Assembly: GCA_027622665.1 (NCBI GenBank)
Contig: JAQBYT010000027.1
Location: 1 to 54,495, forward strand
Reading direction: 5' to 3'
DNA from: Verrucomicrobiota bacterium
Lineage (GTDB): Bacteria > Verrucomicrobiota > Verrucomicrobiia > Opitutales > Seribacteraceae
DNA length: 54,495 bases
Each line of letters starts with the position of its first letter. Position 1 is the stretch's first letter. Of this stretch, positions 28,921 through 38,776 are shown piece after piece. The translations under genes were made by a program, and so were the position numbers. The notes under the pieces were generated by a model that was not told where the DNA came from, searched no databases, and saw nothing but the letters and a program-made list of their open reading frames with translations.

Positions 28921-29325
28921 TTGCTTTTCGTTGCAATTGGAGCTGCCGCTTGGGCGAATCCGGAACACGCTCGTTCCGGAGGAGCTCGAAACGTCGCAGT
29001 CCCCGGTTTCGGCGAGGATGGCCTACGGATATGGGAAATGCGTGCCTCCCAAGCGCTTCCACTTGCCGATGGGATCGTGGATGCGAATGATTTTCTTCTC
29101 ACGACTTTTTCCGGTCCCAAAGTCGAAACCGTTCTAAAAAGCCCACATGCCCGTTTTCGTACTGAGGACGGCAACGCCACCAGTGATTCGCGGATTCAAG
29201 TGAGTGGTCCCGGTTACGAAATTTCCGGCAAAGGATGGGAATGGGATGCAAACCGAAGTCGCATTCAAATAAAAGCAAACGTCAAAGCTGTCTTCAACGA
29301 AGAGTTCGACGACCTATTTAAATAG
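28921..29325 (+). CDS. lptC: LptC-like LPS export protein (start uncertain; could be CTG 28879)
   Basis: Beta-jellyroll-like sequence (ISGKGWEWD...IQIKANVK) directly upstream of lptA/lptB; short hydrophobic N-terminus. Confidence 0.6.
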   Translation: MLFVAIGAAAWANPEHARSGGARNVAVPGFGEDGLRIWEMRASQALPLADGIVDANDFLLTTFSGPKVETVLKSPHARFRTEDGNATSDSRIQVSGPGYEISGKGWEWDANRSRIQIKANVKAVFNEEFDDLFK

Positions 29326-29337
29326 CGGACAAACCAC

Positions 29338-29901
29338 ATGCGACTGCTCATCATACTTCTTATCGTCATACCTTTTGCGGCAAATCTTTCGGCAGCGGAA
29401 GAAAACGCTACGCAACCAACGACAATCGAAAGCGATACTGCGGAATTGGTTACGACCAAGGCCGGTCACCGTTTCTACTTTGCGGGCAAGGTCGTGGTGG
29501 TGGGAACCGAACTCTTGCTCAAGTGCGACGAACTAGAGATTCTTTCCAGACGAGAATCCAACTCGACCAAATCGAGCGCGAAAGTCGGCAAAATATCCCT
29601 AATGGTTGCTCGCGGGAATGTGAGTATTAAGCAAATGGGATCCCGCGGCAGCGGTGACAAGGCCATTATGCAAGCGGCTACAGGCGTATTCACCTTGCTT
29701 GGTTCTCCCGCGGTTCTAATTGACGAAAGAGGAAAACTAGAGGGGAATGAAATCGTCTTCGAAAGAGGGAAGGGGCGGGCCGAACTCCGAGGCGGGGCAG
29801 GAAACCGCCCTCGAGTAGAACTTCCGGCACTTCCTACCTTGCCTAACTTTGGTCGTGGGTCAAAAAAGAAGAAAAGCATCCAAGAAAAACGAAAACCGTG
29901 A
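29338..29901 (+). CDS. lptA: LptA/OstA family LPS transport periplasmic protein
   Basis: Signal peptide; TTIESD, FAGKVVV, LKCDEL, VARGNVSIKQ, LEGNEIVF; upstream of lptB. Confidence 0.8.
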   Translation: MRLLIILLIVIPFAANLSAAEENATQPTTIESDTAELVTTKAGHRFYFAGKVVVVGTELLLKCDELEILSRRESNSTKSSAKVGKISLMVARGNVSIKQMGSRGSGDKAIMQAATGVFTLLGSPAVLIDERGKLEGNEIVFERGKGRAELRGGAGNRPRVELPALPTLPNFGRGSKKKKSIQEKRKP

Positions 29902-30632
29902 CAAGTCCGACTTCCATATTGCAAGCCAAGAACCTCGAAAAACGATACGGTCGGCGTGATGTGGTCAGAGGAGTCGACCTTCACGCCAAAGGAGGTGAGG
30001 TCGTCGGCCTTCTCGGTCCCAACGGCGCAGGAAAAACCACAACCTTCTCAATGGTTGCGGGCCTCGTTCGACCGTCGGGAGGGTCCATCAGCTTGAACGG
30101 CAAGGACATCACAAAGGAACCCACCCACAAGCGAGCCCGACTCGGCATAGGATATCTACCACAGGAAGCCTCGACTTTTCGCAAACTCACCGTAGAAGAG
30201 AACATACGAGCCATCGCCGAGACCTTGCCTCTGGAAAGAAAAGAATTGGACGATCTCGTCAAGGAACGTCTCGCCGAGTTGAAACTTGAAAAGCTCGCTC
30301 ACCAAAAGGCCTACACCCTCAGCGGTGGCGAGCGTAGACGTTTGGAGATTACTCGAGCTCTCGTCCTTTCACCGAAATTCCTACTCTTGGACGAACCATT
30401 CAGTGGAGTGGATCCGATAAGCGTAAGCGAAGTTCGAAAAATCATTCGAACTCTACGAGATAAGGGCATCGGCATATTCCTGACCGACCACAATGTGCGC
30501 GAAACTCTTTTGTCGGTAGATCGGGCTTACCTTTTGCATGACGGTCGCGTGCTTGCCTCGGGCGATGCAGATACTCTATTGAACGACCCAAAGAGCCGAG
30601 AACTTTATTTAGGAAAAGATTTCAAAGTTTGA
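29898..30632 (+). CDS. lptB: LPS export ABC transporter ATP-binding protein
   Basis: GPNGAGKTT, GYLPQEAS, LSGGERRRLEI, DEPFSGVDP, TDHNVRETL, YLGKDF. Confidence 0.96.
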   Translation: MTSPTSILQAKNLEKRYGRRDVVRGVDLHAKGGEVVGLLGPNGAGKTTTFSMVAGLVRPSGGSISLNGKDITKEPTHKRARLGIGYLPQEASTFRKLTVEENIRAIAETLPLERKELDDLVKERLAELKLEKLAHQKAYTLSGGERRRLEITRALVLSPKFLLLDEPFSGVDPISVSEVRKIIRTLRDKGIGIFLTDHNVRETLLSVDRAYLLHDGRVLASGDADTLLNDPKSRELYLGKDFKV

Positions 30633-30667
30633 TTCACCTCGTAATCGATCATTAAAACCCAATTCCC

Positions 30668-31651
30668 ATGGCCAATTCGTCAAAGTCTTCCCATCAAGTT
30701 CCAAAGATTACCGAGAGCATCGCGGTAAAGGATTTCTACGAGTCATTTGGCGAGCAACTTCACCTACGACTCATAACCAGTGAGAAAACCTTGAAGAACA
30801 GTACTGTTCGCGAACGCAGTGTAAATCGTCCCGCACTCGCGGTCACGGGATACTTCAAGTATTTCGCACACAAGCGGATTCAGCTTTTCGGAGCCGGCGA
30901 AATGGGGTTTTTTCGTGAACAGAACTCCACGCAGCGCCAAAAGGTCTTGGAGACTATGGTGTCAAAGAAAATTCCATGCATAGTGGTTTCGCGTAATCTT
31001 GCCCCGCCTCCGGAAATGTCTCAGATTCTGGAAAAGGCGGGCGTTCCGCTCTTTCGTACTAATCTCACGTCCAAAGACTTCACTACCGAGGTTACGGTAT
31101 TGCTGGAAGAACGCTTTGCCCCTCGTTCCAGTTTGCACGGAACCCTTTTGGACATACGCGGGATTGGAACCCTGGTCCGTGGCGATAGCGGTTCAGGGAA
31201 AAGTGAGGCCGCCCTTGCGTTGATTGAACGTGGACACAGCTTGGTCGCAGACGATGTAGTGCGGGTTAAGCTACTTAGCGACCACACGCCAGTCGGATTT
31301 TGCGACGAACTGAACCGCGGGTACATGGAGTGTCGGGGAATCGGCATCATCAATGTGGAAGAATTGTTCGGCACAAGGTTCATCCGGTTAGAAAAACGAA
31401 TCGATTTGGTTGTCACTTTCATTGAAGACCACGAAGGCGTGGAGGCAGATAGGACGGGCTTGGAGAGAAGAACTTTCGACATCCTAGACTTTCCCGTCCC
31501 GCACATGCAGATACCGCTTCGCCCAGGACGCGACATGGCTCGGCTAGTCGAAGTGGCGGCGATGGTTCAAGCAGGGCGATACCTTGGGCACGACTCCGCC
31601 CAAGACTTCAATCGAAAGCTCCTCAATAAGATGAACCCGTCAAAGGCATAA
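30668..31651 (+). CDS. hprK: HPr kinase/phosphorylase
   Basis: NRPALAVTGYF, HGTLLDI, GDSGSGKSEAALALIERGHSLVADD, ECRGIGIINV, RPGRD. Confidence 0.95.
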   Translation: MANSSKSSHQVPKITESIAVKDFYESFGEQLHLRLITSEKTLKNSTVRERSVNRPALAVTGYFKYFAHKRIQLFGAGEMGFFREQNSTQRQKVLETMVSKKIPCIVVSRNLAPPPEMSQILEKAGVPLFRTNLTSKDFTTEVTVLLEERFAPRSSLHGTLLDIRGIGTLVRGDSGSGKSEAALALIERGHSLVADDVVRVKLLSDHTPVGFCDELNRGYMECRGIGIINVEELFGTRFIRLEKRIDLVVTFIEDHEGVEADRTGLERRTFDILDFPVPHMQIPLRPGRDMARLVEVAAMVQAGRYLGHDSAQDFNRKLLNKMNPSKA

Positions 31652-32079
31652 ATTAATCTTTTGGCCTTCCTGACCTCTCTCGAACCCATTAATTTAAAGG
31701 GTTTCGCTGGTGGAGAGTATTTCGAAAAACCCGCAACGAAAAACGTTCAAAAACTTACGGACGAGGTGGTGTGAACAACTTGTGAGAAACTTATCTCAAT
31801 TAAAAGTTTTTTTTCTTGGTAAGTTCAGGATGTTCGTACAAAAGTTGTGTCAGTTTAGTAATCCCCTTTCCCCTCTCCACCTTCCGGAAAAATAATCGTA
31901 AACATCACAAACCACTAGACACAAGTGGTTTGCGACTCAAACAAACTCCGATCAATCCCTTCGGCTTTTAACCCAAACACTAGCATCAAGATTCCAGACA
32001 GGATTCGCGTAATCTCCACCACTGTAGAAACTTGCGAAACCTGTGAATAAATTCTCAAAAAGTTCCTAACTTCCTTCCA
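31652..32079. promoter_or_regulatory. AT-rich dnaA upstream region with DnaA-box-like sites
   Basis: TGTGAATAA at 32042-32050 (reverse complement TTATTCACA), TGTGAACAA at 31770-31778, weaker TGTGAGAAA at 31781-31789; inverted repeat CAAACCACT-N7-AGTGGTTTG at 31908-31932. Confidence 0.5.
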
Positions 32080-33471
32080 ATGACCAATACAGACAATGAA
32101 CCCAATGTACTTTGGGACTCCCTTAAAAACAACCTTTGCGAAGCCATCCCGGCAGATACTTACAAGGTTTGGTTCAACAATGTTCGTCTCGGTAGATTCG
32201 AACGGGATTCTCTGGAGATTGTAGCGCCAAACGAATTCTCAGCCATATGGATTCGAGATAATTACATGGATGTCATCCGCCGCGAGGCAAAGCGCGTGGC
32301 CGGTCGGACAATAAACGTCAATTTATATGGAGAACCAGAATTGGAAGAAGAGTCCGATTCCATTTCGGAAAACCGTAGCACTTCTCACTCAACCCGTAAA
32401 AGCAAGCGTCAAGGTAAGAACCTAGACCAGATAGCCCGTTCTCTCGGACTCAATCCCAAAAACACCTTCAGTAATTTCGTTGTCGGGGCTGGAAGTGAAC
32501 TTGCCCATGCTGCCTGCATTGCCGTTTCCAACGCTCCGGCGCATGCTTACAACCCTCTATTTATCTACGGCGAAACAGGTTTAGGAAAAACTCACCTCAT
32601 GCACGCCGTGGCTCATCATGCTCTGGAGCGTGATCCCGAAGCAAAAATATGCTATTTATCATGTGAGAAATTCACCAACGAGTTTATTCGCGGCATTCAA
32701 GAAAACACCCTCACAAAGTTTCGGGCAAGATATCGCAGCGTTGATTTTCTGCTGATCGACGATGTCCAGTTTCTGGCGGGCAAGGAACGGATTCAGGAAG
32801 AGTTTTTCCACACTTTCAACGAAATCTTTGAATCCCAGAATCAAATCGTACTTACCAGCGATCGCCCATCGGGAGAGATCGACAAACTTGAAAGTCGGTT
32901 GCTTTCTAGGTTTCAGTGGGGATTAGTCGCCGACATTCAAGCCCCTGACTTGGAAACCCGAGTGGCGATTTTGTCGAGCAAGGCGGAGGCTATGGGCATC
33001 TCGGTTGAACCCGAAATCATGAATTTCCTGGCCAAAAGCATCGCCCGCAATGTTCGTCGAATGGAAGGTGCCCTCACTCGCGTTGCGGGCTATGTCGGAC
33101 TCACGCGCAAACAAGTAGACCTTCCCACCGTGGAACGATTGCTGCGAGATATTCTGAGGGAAGAAACTCTCAGTCGCATCACGATTGAGAACATCCAGAA
33201 AAAAGTTACCGACTACTATCATCTTCGTATGGCAGACATGCTTTCTCGTAGACGCCCTGCCAATATCGCCTTTCCGCGACAAGTGGCCATGTACTTGAGT
33301 CGAATTCTGACCGATCATTCGCTGCAGGAAATTGGAAACAACTTTGGTGGTCGCGATCACGGCACTGTCATTCACGCCTGCAAAACTGTCGAGAACATGA
33401 TGGATCAAGACGAAGGTATAAAACGGGCCGTAGAGCACCTCAACGAGCACCTTTCCCACTCCATGGAGTAG
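32080..33471 (+). CDS. dnaA: Chromosomal replication initiator DnaA
   Basis: NPKNTFSNFVVG, YNPLFIYGETGLGKTHL, LIDDVQF, QEEFFHTFN, PRQVAMYL, FGGRDHGTVIHA. Confidence 0.98.
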   Translation: MTNTDNEPNVLWDSLKNNLCEAIPADTYKVWFNNVRLGRFERDSLEIVAPNEFSAIWIRDNYMDVIRREAKRVAGRTINVNLYGEPELEEESDSISENRSTSHSTRKSKRQGKNLDQIARSLGLNPKNTFSNFVVGAGSELAHAACIAVSNAPAHAYNPLFIYGETGLGKTHLMHAVAHHALERDPEAKICYLSCEKFTNEFIRGIQENTLTKFRARYRSVDFLLIDDVQFLAGKERIQEEFFHTFNEIFESQNQIVLTSDRPSGEIDKLESRLLSRFQWGLVADIQAPDLETRVAILSSKAEAMGISVEPEIMNFLAKSIARNVRRMEGALTRVAGYVGLTRKQVDLPTVERLLRDILREETLSRITIENIQKKVTDYYHLRMADMLSRRRPANIAFPRQVAMYLSRILTDHSLQEIGNNFGGRDHGTVIHACKTVENMMDQDEGIKRAVEHLNEHLSHSME

Positions 33472-33592
33472 TTATCGCTATCCGACTTCACCTAAAAGGG
33501 ACTTGCACGTGCAGGTAATCCATTCCCTCGAAAATCGTCCAAAGGCTTGCCACTTTGCCTAAGTTCCTGTTATTAGATATTACAAAACAGTT

Positions 33593-34162
33593 ATGAATAC
33601 AATGGAACCCGAAGAAGAATACCCTATCCAAGAAAACCTTGACGACTCGACCCCTGAAGCAGGGGAATCCGATGCTGCAGGGGAGAATCCCGAGGCAGTC
33701 GACAAACCCGCTGCCGCTTCGAATGAACCCACGGATGAGCAGAAGCGAGATGTCGCCCGTTGGATCAACGAGGGTGTCGGCCTGTCCGACATCCAGAAAA
33801 GACTTTCCGAAGAGTTCGGCGTCACCTTGACCTACATGGGCGTTCGCTTTCTTATAGATGACCTAGATCTGACAATTCAGGACGAGGAGGAACCCGAACC
33901 TGAAGTCGAAGTACCTGAGGCGGTTCCATTGGATGCAGATTTGCTTGGTTCAGTTTCCGTAACTGTAGACAAGGTCACGCGACCGGGCGTAATGGCCAGC
34001 GGCACGGCCACCTTTTCGGACGGTGTTAACTGCCCTTGGTACCTCGACCAGGTTGGGCGACTGGGTTTAACGCCCAAAGATGAAGCTTACAAACCCAGTG
34101 ACGACGATCTGGCCGAGTTTCAAAAGCAACTGCAAACCGAACTTCAAAAGTCCGGCATGTAG
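33593..34162 (+). CDS. Acidic hypothetical protein (two small domains)
   Basis: Clean ORF; helical domain (VARWINEG...LTYMGVRFLIDDL) and beta domain (VTVDKVTRPG...TFSDG...WYLDQVGRLG); recalled as resembling a Verrucomicrobia-conserved hypothetical (not checked). Confidence 0.8.
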   Translation: MNTMEPEEEYPIQENLDDSTPEAGESDAAGENPEAVDKPAAASNEPTDEQKRDVARWINEGVGLSDIQKRLSEEFGVTLTYMGVRFLIDDLDLTIQDEEEPEPEVEVPEAVPLDADLLGSVSVTVDKVTRPGVMASGTATFSDGVNCPWYLDQVGRLGLTPKDEAYKPSDDDLAEFQKQLQTELQKSGM

Positions 34163-34179
34163 CCCCAAGTTTACTGCGA

Positions 34180-35910
34180 TCAAGCTTCCGGCGGTATTGC
34201 CTTAAGGGTGCCGGCTTCCAGTTCGCAGAGCTCTTTGTAGTGCGTTAAGGTTTTCTTATCCGCGACAAGAGGCAAATTCGCTTCCAGCACGATGTTTTCC
34301 AGCACTCGCTGGAAACGCATGCACTTCACCTTCTTTCGCTCCAGCTCGAAGCGCTTTTTCTCCAGTCCGGCACTTTCGCTTTTGGCCTTCTTGTACTTTC
34401 CCCACTCACCGTCTTTTCTTACCATCTCGAGCAATTCTTTGCTTTCCTTGGAGCGTAAGAGTTTACGAACCGCTGGATGGTAAGGATTCCCCACTTCGGG
34501 CCAACGTTTACGAATTTGGCCCGAAAGCTTGGTCTTGATCCGTTTGCGTTCCTCATCGGATTTCTTTTTCTTTACCGCAAAGGCCTTTCGCCCATCCTCC
34601 AGCTTCTTTGTCAGATCGCGGACTGACTTCGCTCGATTCTCCGCCTTGAGTCCCAACTGCTTGGAAAGTCCTTCCAGTACCGCTCGGTCAGTGGGGGAGG
34701 CCATTTTCAATATCTTGTCAAAATTGGATTCCAGTGTAAGCCAATCTTCTTTCGACTCCTTCTCGTCTTCCTTTTTCGCCTCCGCCTCTTCTTTTGGTTT
34801 CTCTCCTTCCTCACTTTTGGCCTCTTCTTCGCAAGCCTTTGTAACCGTGGCATTCGCATCGGACTTCTTCTCCGGTTTTTCCGCTTTCGGCTGAGAACTC
34901 TTGGAAAACTTTCGCAGAAAGGCGCCCGAGGTTTTTATCGGCACGTCTATAGTGTCCGAGGTCAAGATGACATGGGCATGAGCCTCGGCATAGCTTGTGC
35001 GACCGTCACCGTCGAAGTCCGGATTCTCGACTGGATCTCCGATTCGACTTTCCCCGCAGAGGGCTTCCCAGAAACTGGTGCTGTATTCCTTGTAGTTTTT
35101 CTCCTGAATATCCGGTGTGCAACCTGCCGCCACTCGATCCTGAACCGTAGCGAAGAATCCTGCGCGCGCATGGTCCGACATTCCTTTCTTTGGGTCGCCG
35201 TCCTTGAATATCACATTGGCGAAACCCCCGCTGTAGCATTGCACCATGACCAGGGTCACGGGCATATCCTTGGGCAACTTGTCCAAGCGCTTCACGAAAT
35301 CCCTGACCTTTATTTTTTGGCCATTCCATAAATGGGCGGTCGTATTGTCGGGAGTCTTATTGTCGCCTTTGCCGCCGTGCCCGGTGAAGTAAAGCAAGGC
35401 TTCCTTGCCCGGATTCGTGGATGTTGCATCGAACCATTTGTCGAACTCTGCCAAGAGTGCAGGACCGTCGGCATTCAGTTCGTTGCTTCGATATTGATGT
35501 CCAAGTCCACGCGTCGATCCCACTAACTCGGCCAGTATTCCGTTCATTTCGGGAATACGAAAGGCTGGGTCGGCGTACTGGAGGTCGCGCCCCTTGTCGC
35601 GACCATCGGCAAACAAGGTACGGGTTTCGGCCTTCTCTAAATCCAACATCTCCATCACTCGCCGAAAATACTTCACGTTGCTTTCCAGCGAAAGTTGGTT
35701 GCCGCTCGGAGAATATCCACCACCGGCGATGAGGATACGGAGTCCGTTCAACTTCTCAGGCTTCTTGGTAGATTCGGCAATCTTTTCCTTTTTTTCCACC
35801 TTATCGGGCGGGGCCACTTTGTCGACAGCTTCCCCATCCGGAGGGCAAGCCAAGGCGGGAGAAGCGAAGGTCGCTACTCCAACGACCAAGGCAAAGTTTG
35901 CAAACTTCAT
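34180..35910 (-). CDS. Secreted clan CD (caspase/legumain-like) cysteine peptidase with EF-hand-like loop and C-terminal helical region
   Basis: Signal peptide; LLYFTGHGG and VMVQCYSGGF His/Cys dyad motifs; DFDGDGRTSYAE loop. Confidence 0.75.
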   Translation of the reverse strand: MKFANFALVVGVATFASPALACPPDGEAVDKVAPPDKVEKKEKIAESTKKPEKLNGLRILIAGGGYSPSGNQLSLESNVKYFRRVMEMLDLEKAETRTLFADGRDKGRDLQYADPAFRIPEMNGILAELVGSTRGLGHQYRSNELNADGPALLAEFDKWFDATSTNPGKEALLYFTGHGGKGDNKTPDNTTAHLWNGQKIKVRDFVKRLDKLPKDMPVTLVMVQCYSGGFANVIFKDGDPKKGMSDHARAGFFATVQDRVAAGCTPDIQEKNYKEYSTSFWEALCGESRIGDPVENPDFDGDGRTSYAEAHAHVILTSDTIDVPIKTSGAFLRKFSKSSQPKAEKPEKKSDANATVTKACEEEAKSEEGEKPKEEAEAKKEDEKESKEDWLTLESNFDKILKMASPTDRAVLEGLSKQLGLKAENRAKSVRDLTKKLEDGRKAFAVKKKKSDEERKRIKTKLSGQIRKRWPEVGNPYHPAVRKLLRSKESKELLEMVRKDGEWGKYKKAKSESAGLEKKRFELERKKVKCMRFQRVLENIVLEANLPLVADKKTLTHYKELCELEAGTLKAIPPEA

Positions 35911-35991
35911 GCAACTATCTCAACTCCATCCAAGTTCCAATGCAAAGTTAAAACCGCAGAGAAACGATCTTATTCTCTTCGCTTTTTTAGT

Positions 35992-37008
35992 TTAGGTAGC
36001 CTCTTGAGGCATTCCCCCTCTGATCGAACCGGCCTCCACGGAACCATAATTGGCTTTGAATGCCTCATCCAAAGGTCGACTATTCGGGACGGACAACCAT
36101 ACCCGCAGCAAATGCCTTCGCCTTTCGAGCTCGGGCCAATCGTCAAAAGCTGTCCGGCGATGAAAAGTCACCCAGTTGTTAAGAAAGAGAATATCGCCTG
36201 GTTTCTGCCTGAAACGGACACGCAAATCCTCTCGTTCCGCCGTATCTTCGAGAAAGTCGAGAGCCTCTCTTTGTTCATCCGTCAAACTCGGACAGTCAGG
36301 AGCGGCATCCGCCCGATCAATCAACACCCGCAAAAAGCTTCCCGCGAAATGCCCATCGCAAAAGGAGAAGATCGGCTGTTCACAGAAGGGTAGGGCGTTT
36401 CCCGTATCCACTATGTGCCTGTTGTAGGGAAAGGGTTGCATCAGAACTTTCAACAGGTCGGGACGTTCCTCTCTTATCACTTCATACAGCGCAGGACTGC
36501 TCACCAGTTCGTTCTCCCCGCCCTCCATTGCCTGCCTCAGGCAAAGAAAAGCGATTACGTCGCAACGATCGGTATGAAAGCTCAGCTTACGATTCGTATT
36601 GGGGCCTCGCGTTCTGGTGTCATCCTTCCCGAAAGCCTCATTGCGAACGTTTAACATCAAGTCGCCTGTAGCATTCTGCGATACAGGAGTTCCCAATTGC
36701 GAGGCCAGCCAAAGAAAAAGCTCGGAGATTTCCCCCATGCCGAATTCCAATTCAAAGCTATCCAAAGGAAAGCCGCGCAACATGACTGCACCCGAACCAT
36801 TCTCCAATGAATATTGAATGGAACTCAGCTTTTTCTTCAGCAACACAGAGCCAAGAGGCTCATGGACCTGTTTATTCAAGGCACATAGAATTTTCAGCTC
36901 TTCCAACTCCTCGTCGACGAAGCGCCACTCCCAGTCATCACCGGCAAAGAGTTCCTCTCCGCGCCATGAGGAGGGCTTATTTATAGAACTGAGGCTAGGA
37001 AAGTTCAA
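35992..37008 (-). CDS. TauD/TfdA family Fe(II)/2-oxoglutarate dioxygenase
   Basis: FHTDRCD (HxD), FLNNWVTFHRR, RRHLLRVWL. Confidence 0.9.
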   Translation of the reverse strand: MNFPSLSSINKPSSWRGEELFAGDDWEWRFVDEELEELKILCALNKQVHEPLGSVLLKKKLSSIQYSLENGSGAVMLRGFPLDSFELEFGMGEISELFLWLASQLGTPVSQNATGDLMLNVRNEAFGKDDTRTRGPNTNRKLSFHTDRCDVIAFLCLRQAMEGGENELVSSPALYEVIREERPDLLKVLMQPFPYNRHIVDTGNALPFCEQPIFSFCDGHFAGSFLRVLIDRADAAPDCPSLTDEQREALDFLEDTAEREDLRVRFRQKPGDILFLNNWVTFHRRTAFDDWPELERRRHLLRVWLSVPNSRPLDEAFKANYGSVEAGSIRGGMPQEAT

Positions 37009-37016
37009 TAAACGCC

Positions 37017-38729
37017 TTACTTGGTGAAGGAATCCATGAACGAAGCGATCAAGCCCATGAAGGATGTGAAATCGAATTCTTCTCGTTTCTCGACGGGGAG
37101 GTCAGGCCAGGCCGGGGAGTTTGCAAGCAGGGAGTTCGAGCCGTACCGAATGGAGTGCAAGTTCCATTTGCCGAAACCAATAGTGCGAAGTTTCCCGTCA
37201 GAAGAAACTCCTATGGAAATAAATTTTTCCTTCGGGTCGTCGGAATAGGCAAGGCGGATAATGTGCTTGGTTATGCCTTTCGCCGAACTGGCTGGCGGAA
37301 GCCATGCCCCTTTTTGAGTCAAGGTGTATCGCAATAGGGTTTCCAATCCCGCAGACGTTGCGAGATAGGGGTTGTCTAGAATTCGTTCCCCTTGATCGGC
37401 CACTTGCTCGACGGTTGTACCCATCCCGGCGCTGAGATTGAAATTGAATGTTCCATCCTCGGCATCTCGTTTCAACCCCAGGCGAGGCATCGGAACAGCT
37501 CCGGGGGATGCAAATTGGAGGATGCTTTTTCGGTCATTAGAATAGATAGCGCTGGAATGGGCATCCGTCCGATAAGCGAGAACAAGAGCGTCACCACGAC
37601 GAACTTGCAATTCGAAGAGGTTCACACTCGTAGAGATGCCAAGATAGAGCTTGGCTATGTCATCCTGTTGCTCTTCGCCTTCTTCCGGCTGCAAGTTTGC
37701 CTCGATCCTAATTGCCTCGACGTCCTTGGAGAAGGTTTTTACGGCTGCGAGGATAGCCTTGCTCAGGGCGTTTCTGCGATCTTCGGAATGCTGTAATCCG
37801 TCCTCAAGGGAACGCGCCGCTTGCGACCAAGGATCAACACCGCTTGTTTTCGCCAGTACTTTTTTTGCCTCGTCGCCGCGTTCGATACCGATGAGGGCGA
37901 TAGCTCTCCAAAAGGATAACCTTGGAATGCTTTGCATTTTGGGCGGCAGGTTTTCCAGATGAGCGATTCCTGCCTGAAAGTCCTTGTCCCGGCCGAAAAT
38001 CGCTCGTTCGGCCAGCAGTTCGGTCACTTGAGGATTTTTGCGTTGCTCCTTGTCCAGACTGGACAAGTAGAAACTTTCCGTAAAAAGAGCGTCAGAACCA
38101 TTTAAGTGGTGAACGGCGGCAAGCTTTTCAAGGATCGATTTTGTGGAAAGAACTGCGGTCACAACCTCTGCTTGTTCTCCATTTTCTTCGGCCAACTCTT
38201 GCAAGGGCTCTATTGCTGCTTGTCGGAGATTGGTAACACCCGCTGCTTCGGCCAGCAAAAGAACGCGAAGGCGCAGGGAGTTGTCGGCAAGCAGTTTTGC
38301 CCCGTGAGTTCTAAGCGCAAGTAGGATGCATCGGCAAAAACGAGCGGGAAAACCTGGTTCCGATTGCAATACTCTGTCGGCCTCTTCGATTAGGATTTCG
38401 CGAAGTTTCTTCTCGTCCGAACTCAACGAGCTTAACAGGTAATTCGTTTGCAGGCTGCTTGGATAGTCAAAGAGCAGAGCACGACGAGCTTCTTTAGCCA
38501 CTTGCTCGTTCCCGGTTATGGTAGCTACCATGAACAAGTCATGTGCCAGGCGTGGGCTTAGGGGGGCCTTCGGGTTTTGCTCGAGGTAGGCTCTTGCGTC
38601 CTTCTGATAGGCGGTGATGCGTCCCCCGGACAAGTATTCCTCCGCCATCGGTATCGGGGATTCACCTAGGAGGACATGCTCGGGGCACAAACCGAGCAAG
38701 ACCCCTAGATATGCAAATCGTAATTTCAT
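37017..38729 (-). CDS. Secreted hypothetical protein, TPR-like helical N-terminal half and beta-rich C-terminal half
   Basis: 570-aa ORF with hydrophobic N-terminus, helical-repeat character (YLEQNPKAP, LLFDYPSS), tightly packed in a minus-strand run. Confidence 0.7.
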   Translation of the reverse strand: MKLRFAYLGVLLGLCPEHVLLGESPIPMAEEYLSGGRITAYQKDARAYLEQNPKAPLSPRLAHDLFMVATITGNEQVAKEARRALLFDYPSSLQTNYLLSSLSSDEKKLREILIEEADRVLQSEPGFPARFCRCILLALRTHGAKLLADNSLRLRVLLLAEAAGVTNLRQAAIEPLQELAEENGEQAEVVTAVLSTKSILEKLAAVHHLNGSDALFTESFYLSSLDKEQRKNPQVTELLAERAIFGRDKDFQAGIAHLENLPPKMQSIPRLSFWRAIALIGIERGDEAKKVLAKTSGVDPWSQAARSLEDGLQHSEDRRNALSKAILAAVKTFSKDVEAIRIEANLQPEEGEEQQDDIAKLYLGISTSVNLFELQVRRGDALVLAYRTDAHSSAIYSNDRKSILQFASPGAVPMPRLGLKRDAEDGTFNFNLSAGMGTTVEQVADQGERILDNPYLATSAGLETLLRYTLTQKGAWLPPASSAKGITKHIIRLAYSDDPKEKFISIGVSSDGKLRTIGFGKWNLHSIRYGSNSLLANSPAWPDLPVEKREEFDFTSFMGLIASFMDSFTK

Positions 38730-38776
38730 AGATTTTTTGAATGGAAGGAATTCGAATTCATTGCGAAAAAAAGGAT

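Noticed and set aside
31908..31932. NrdR box upstream of dnaA
   Set aside because: The inverted repeat is real but its length and core differ from the NrdR consensus.
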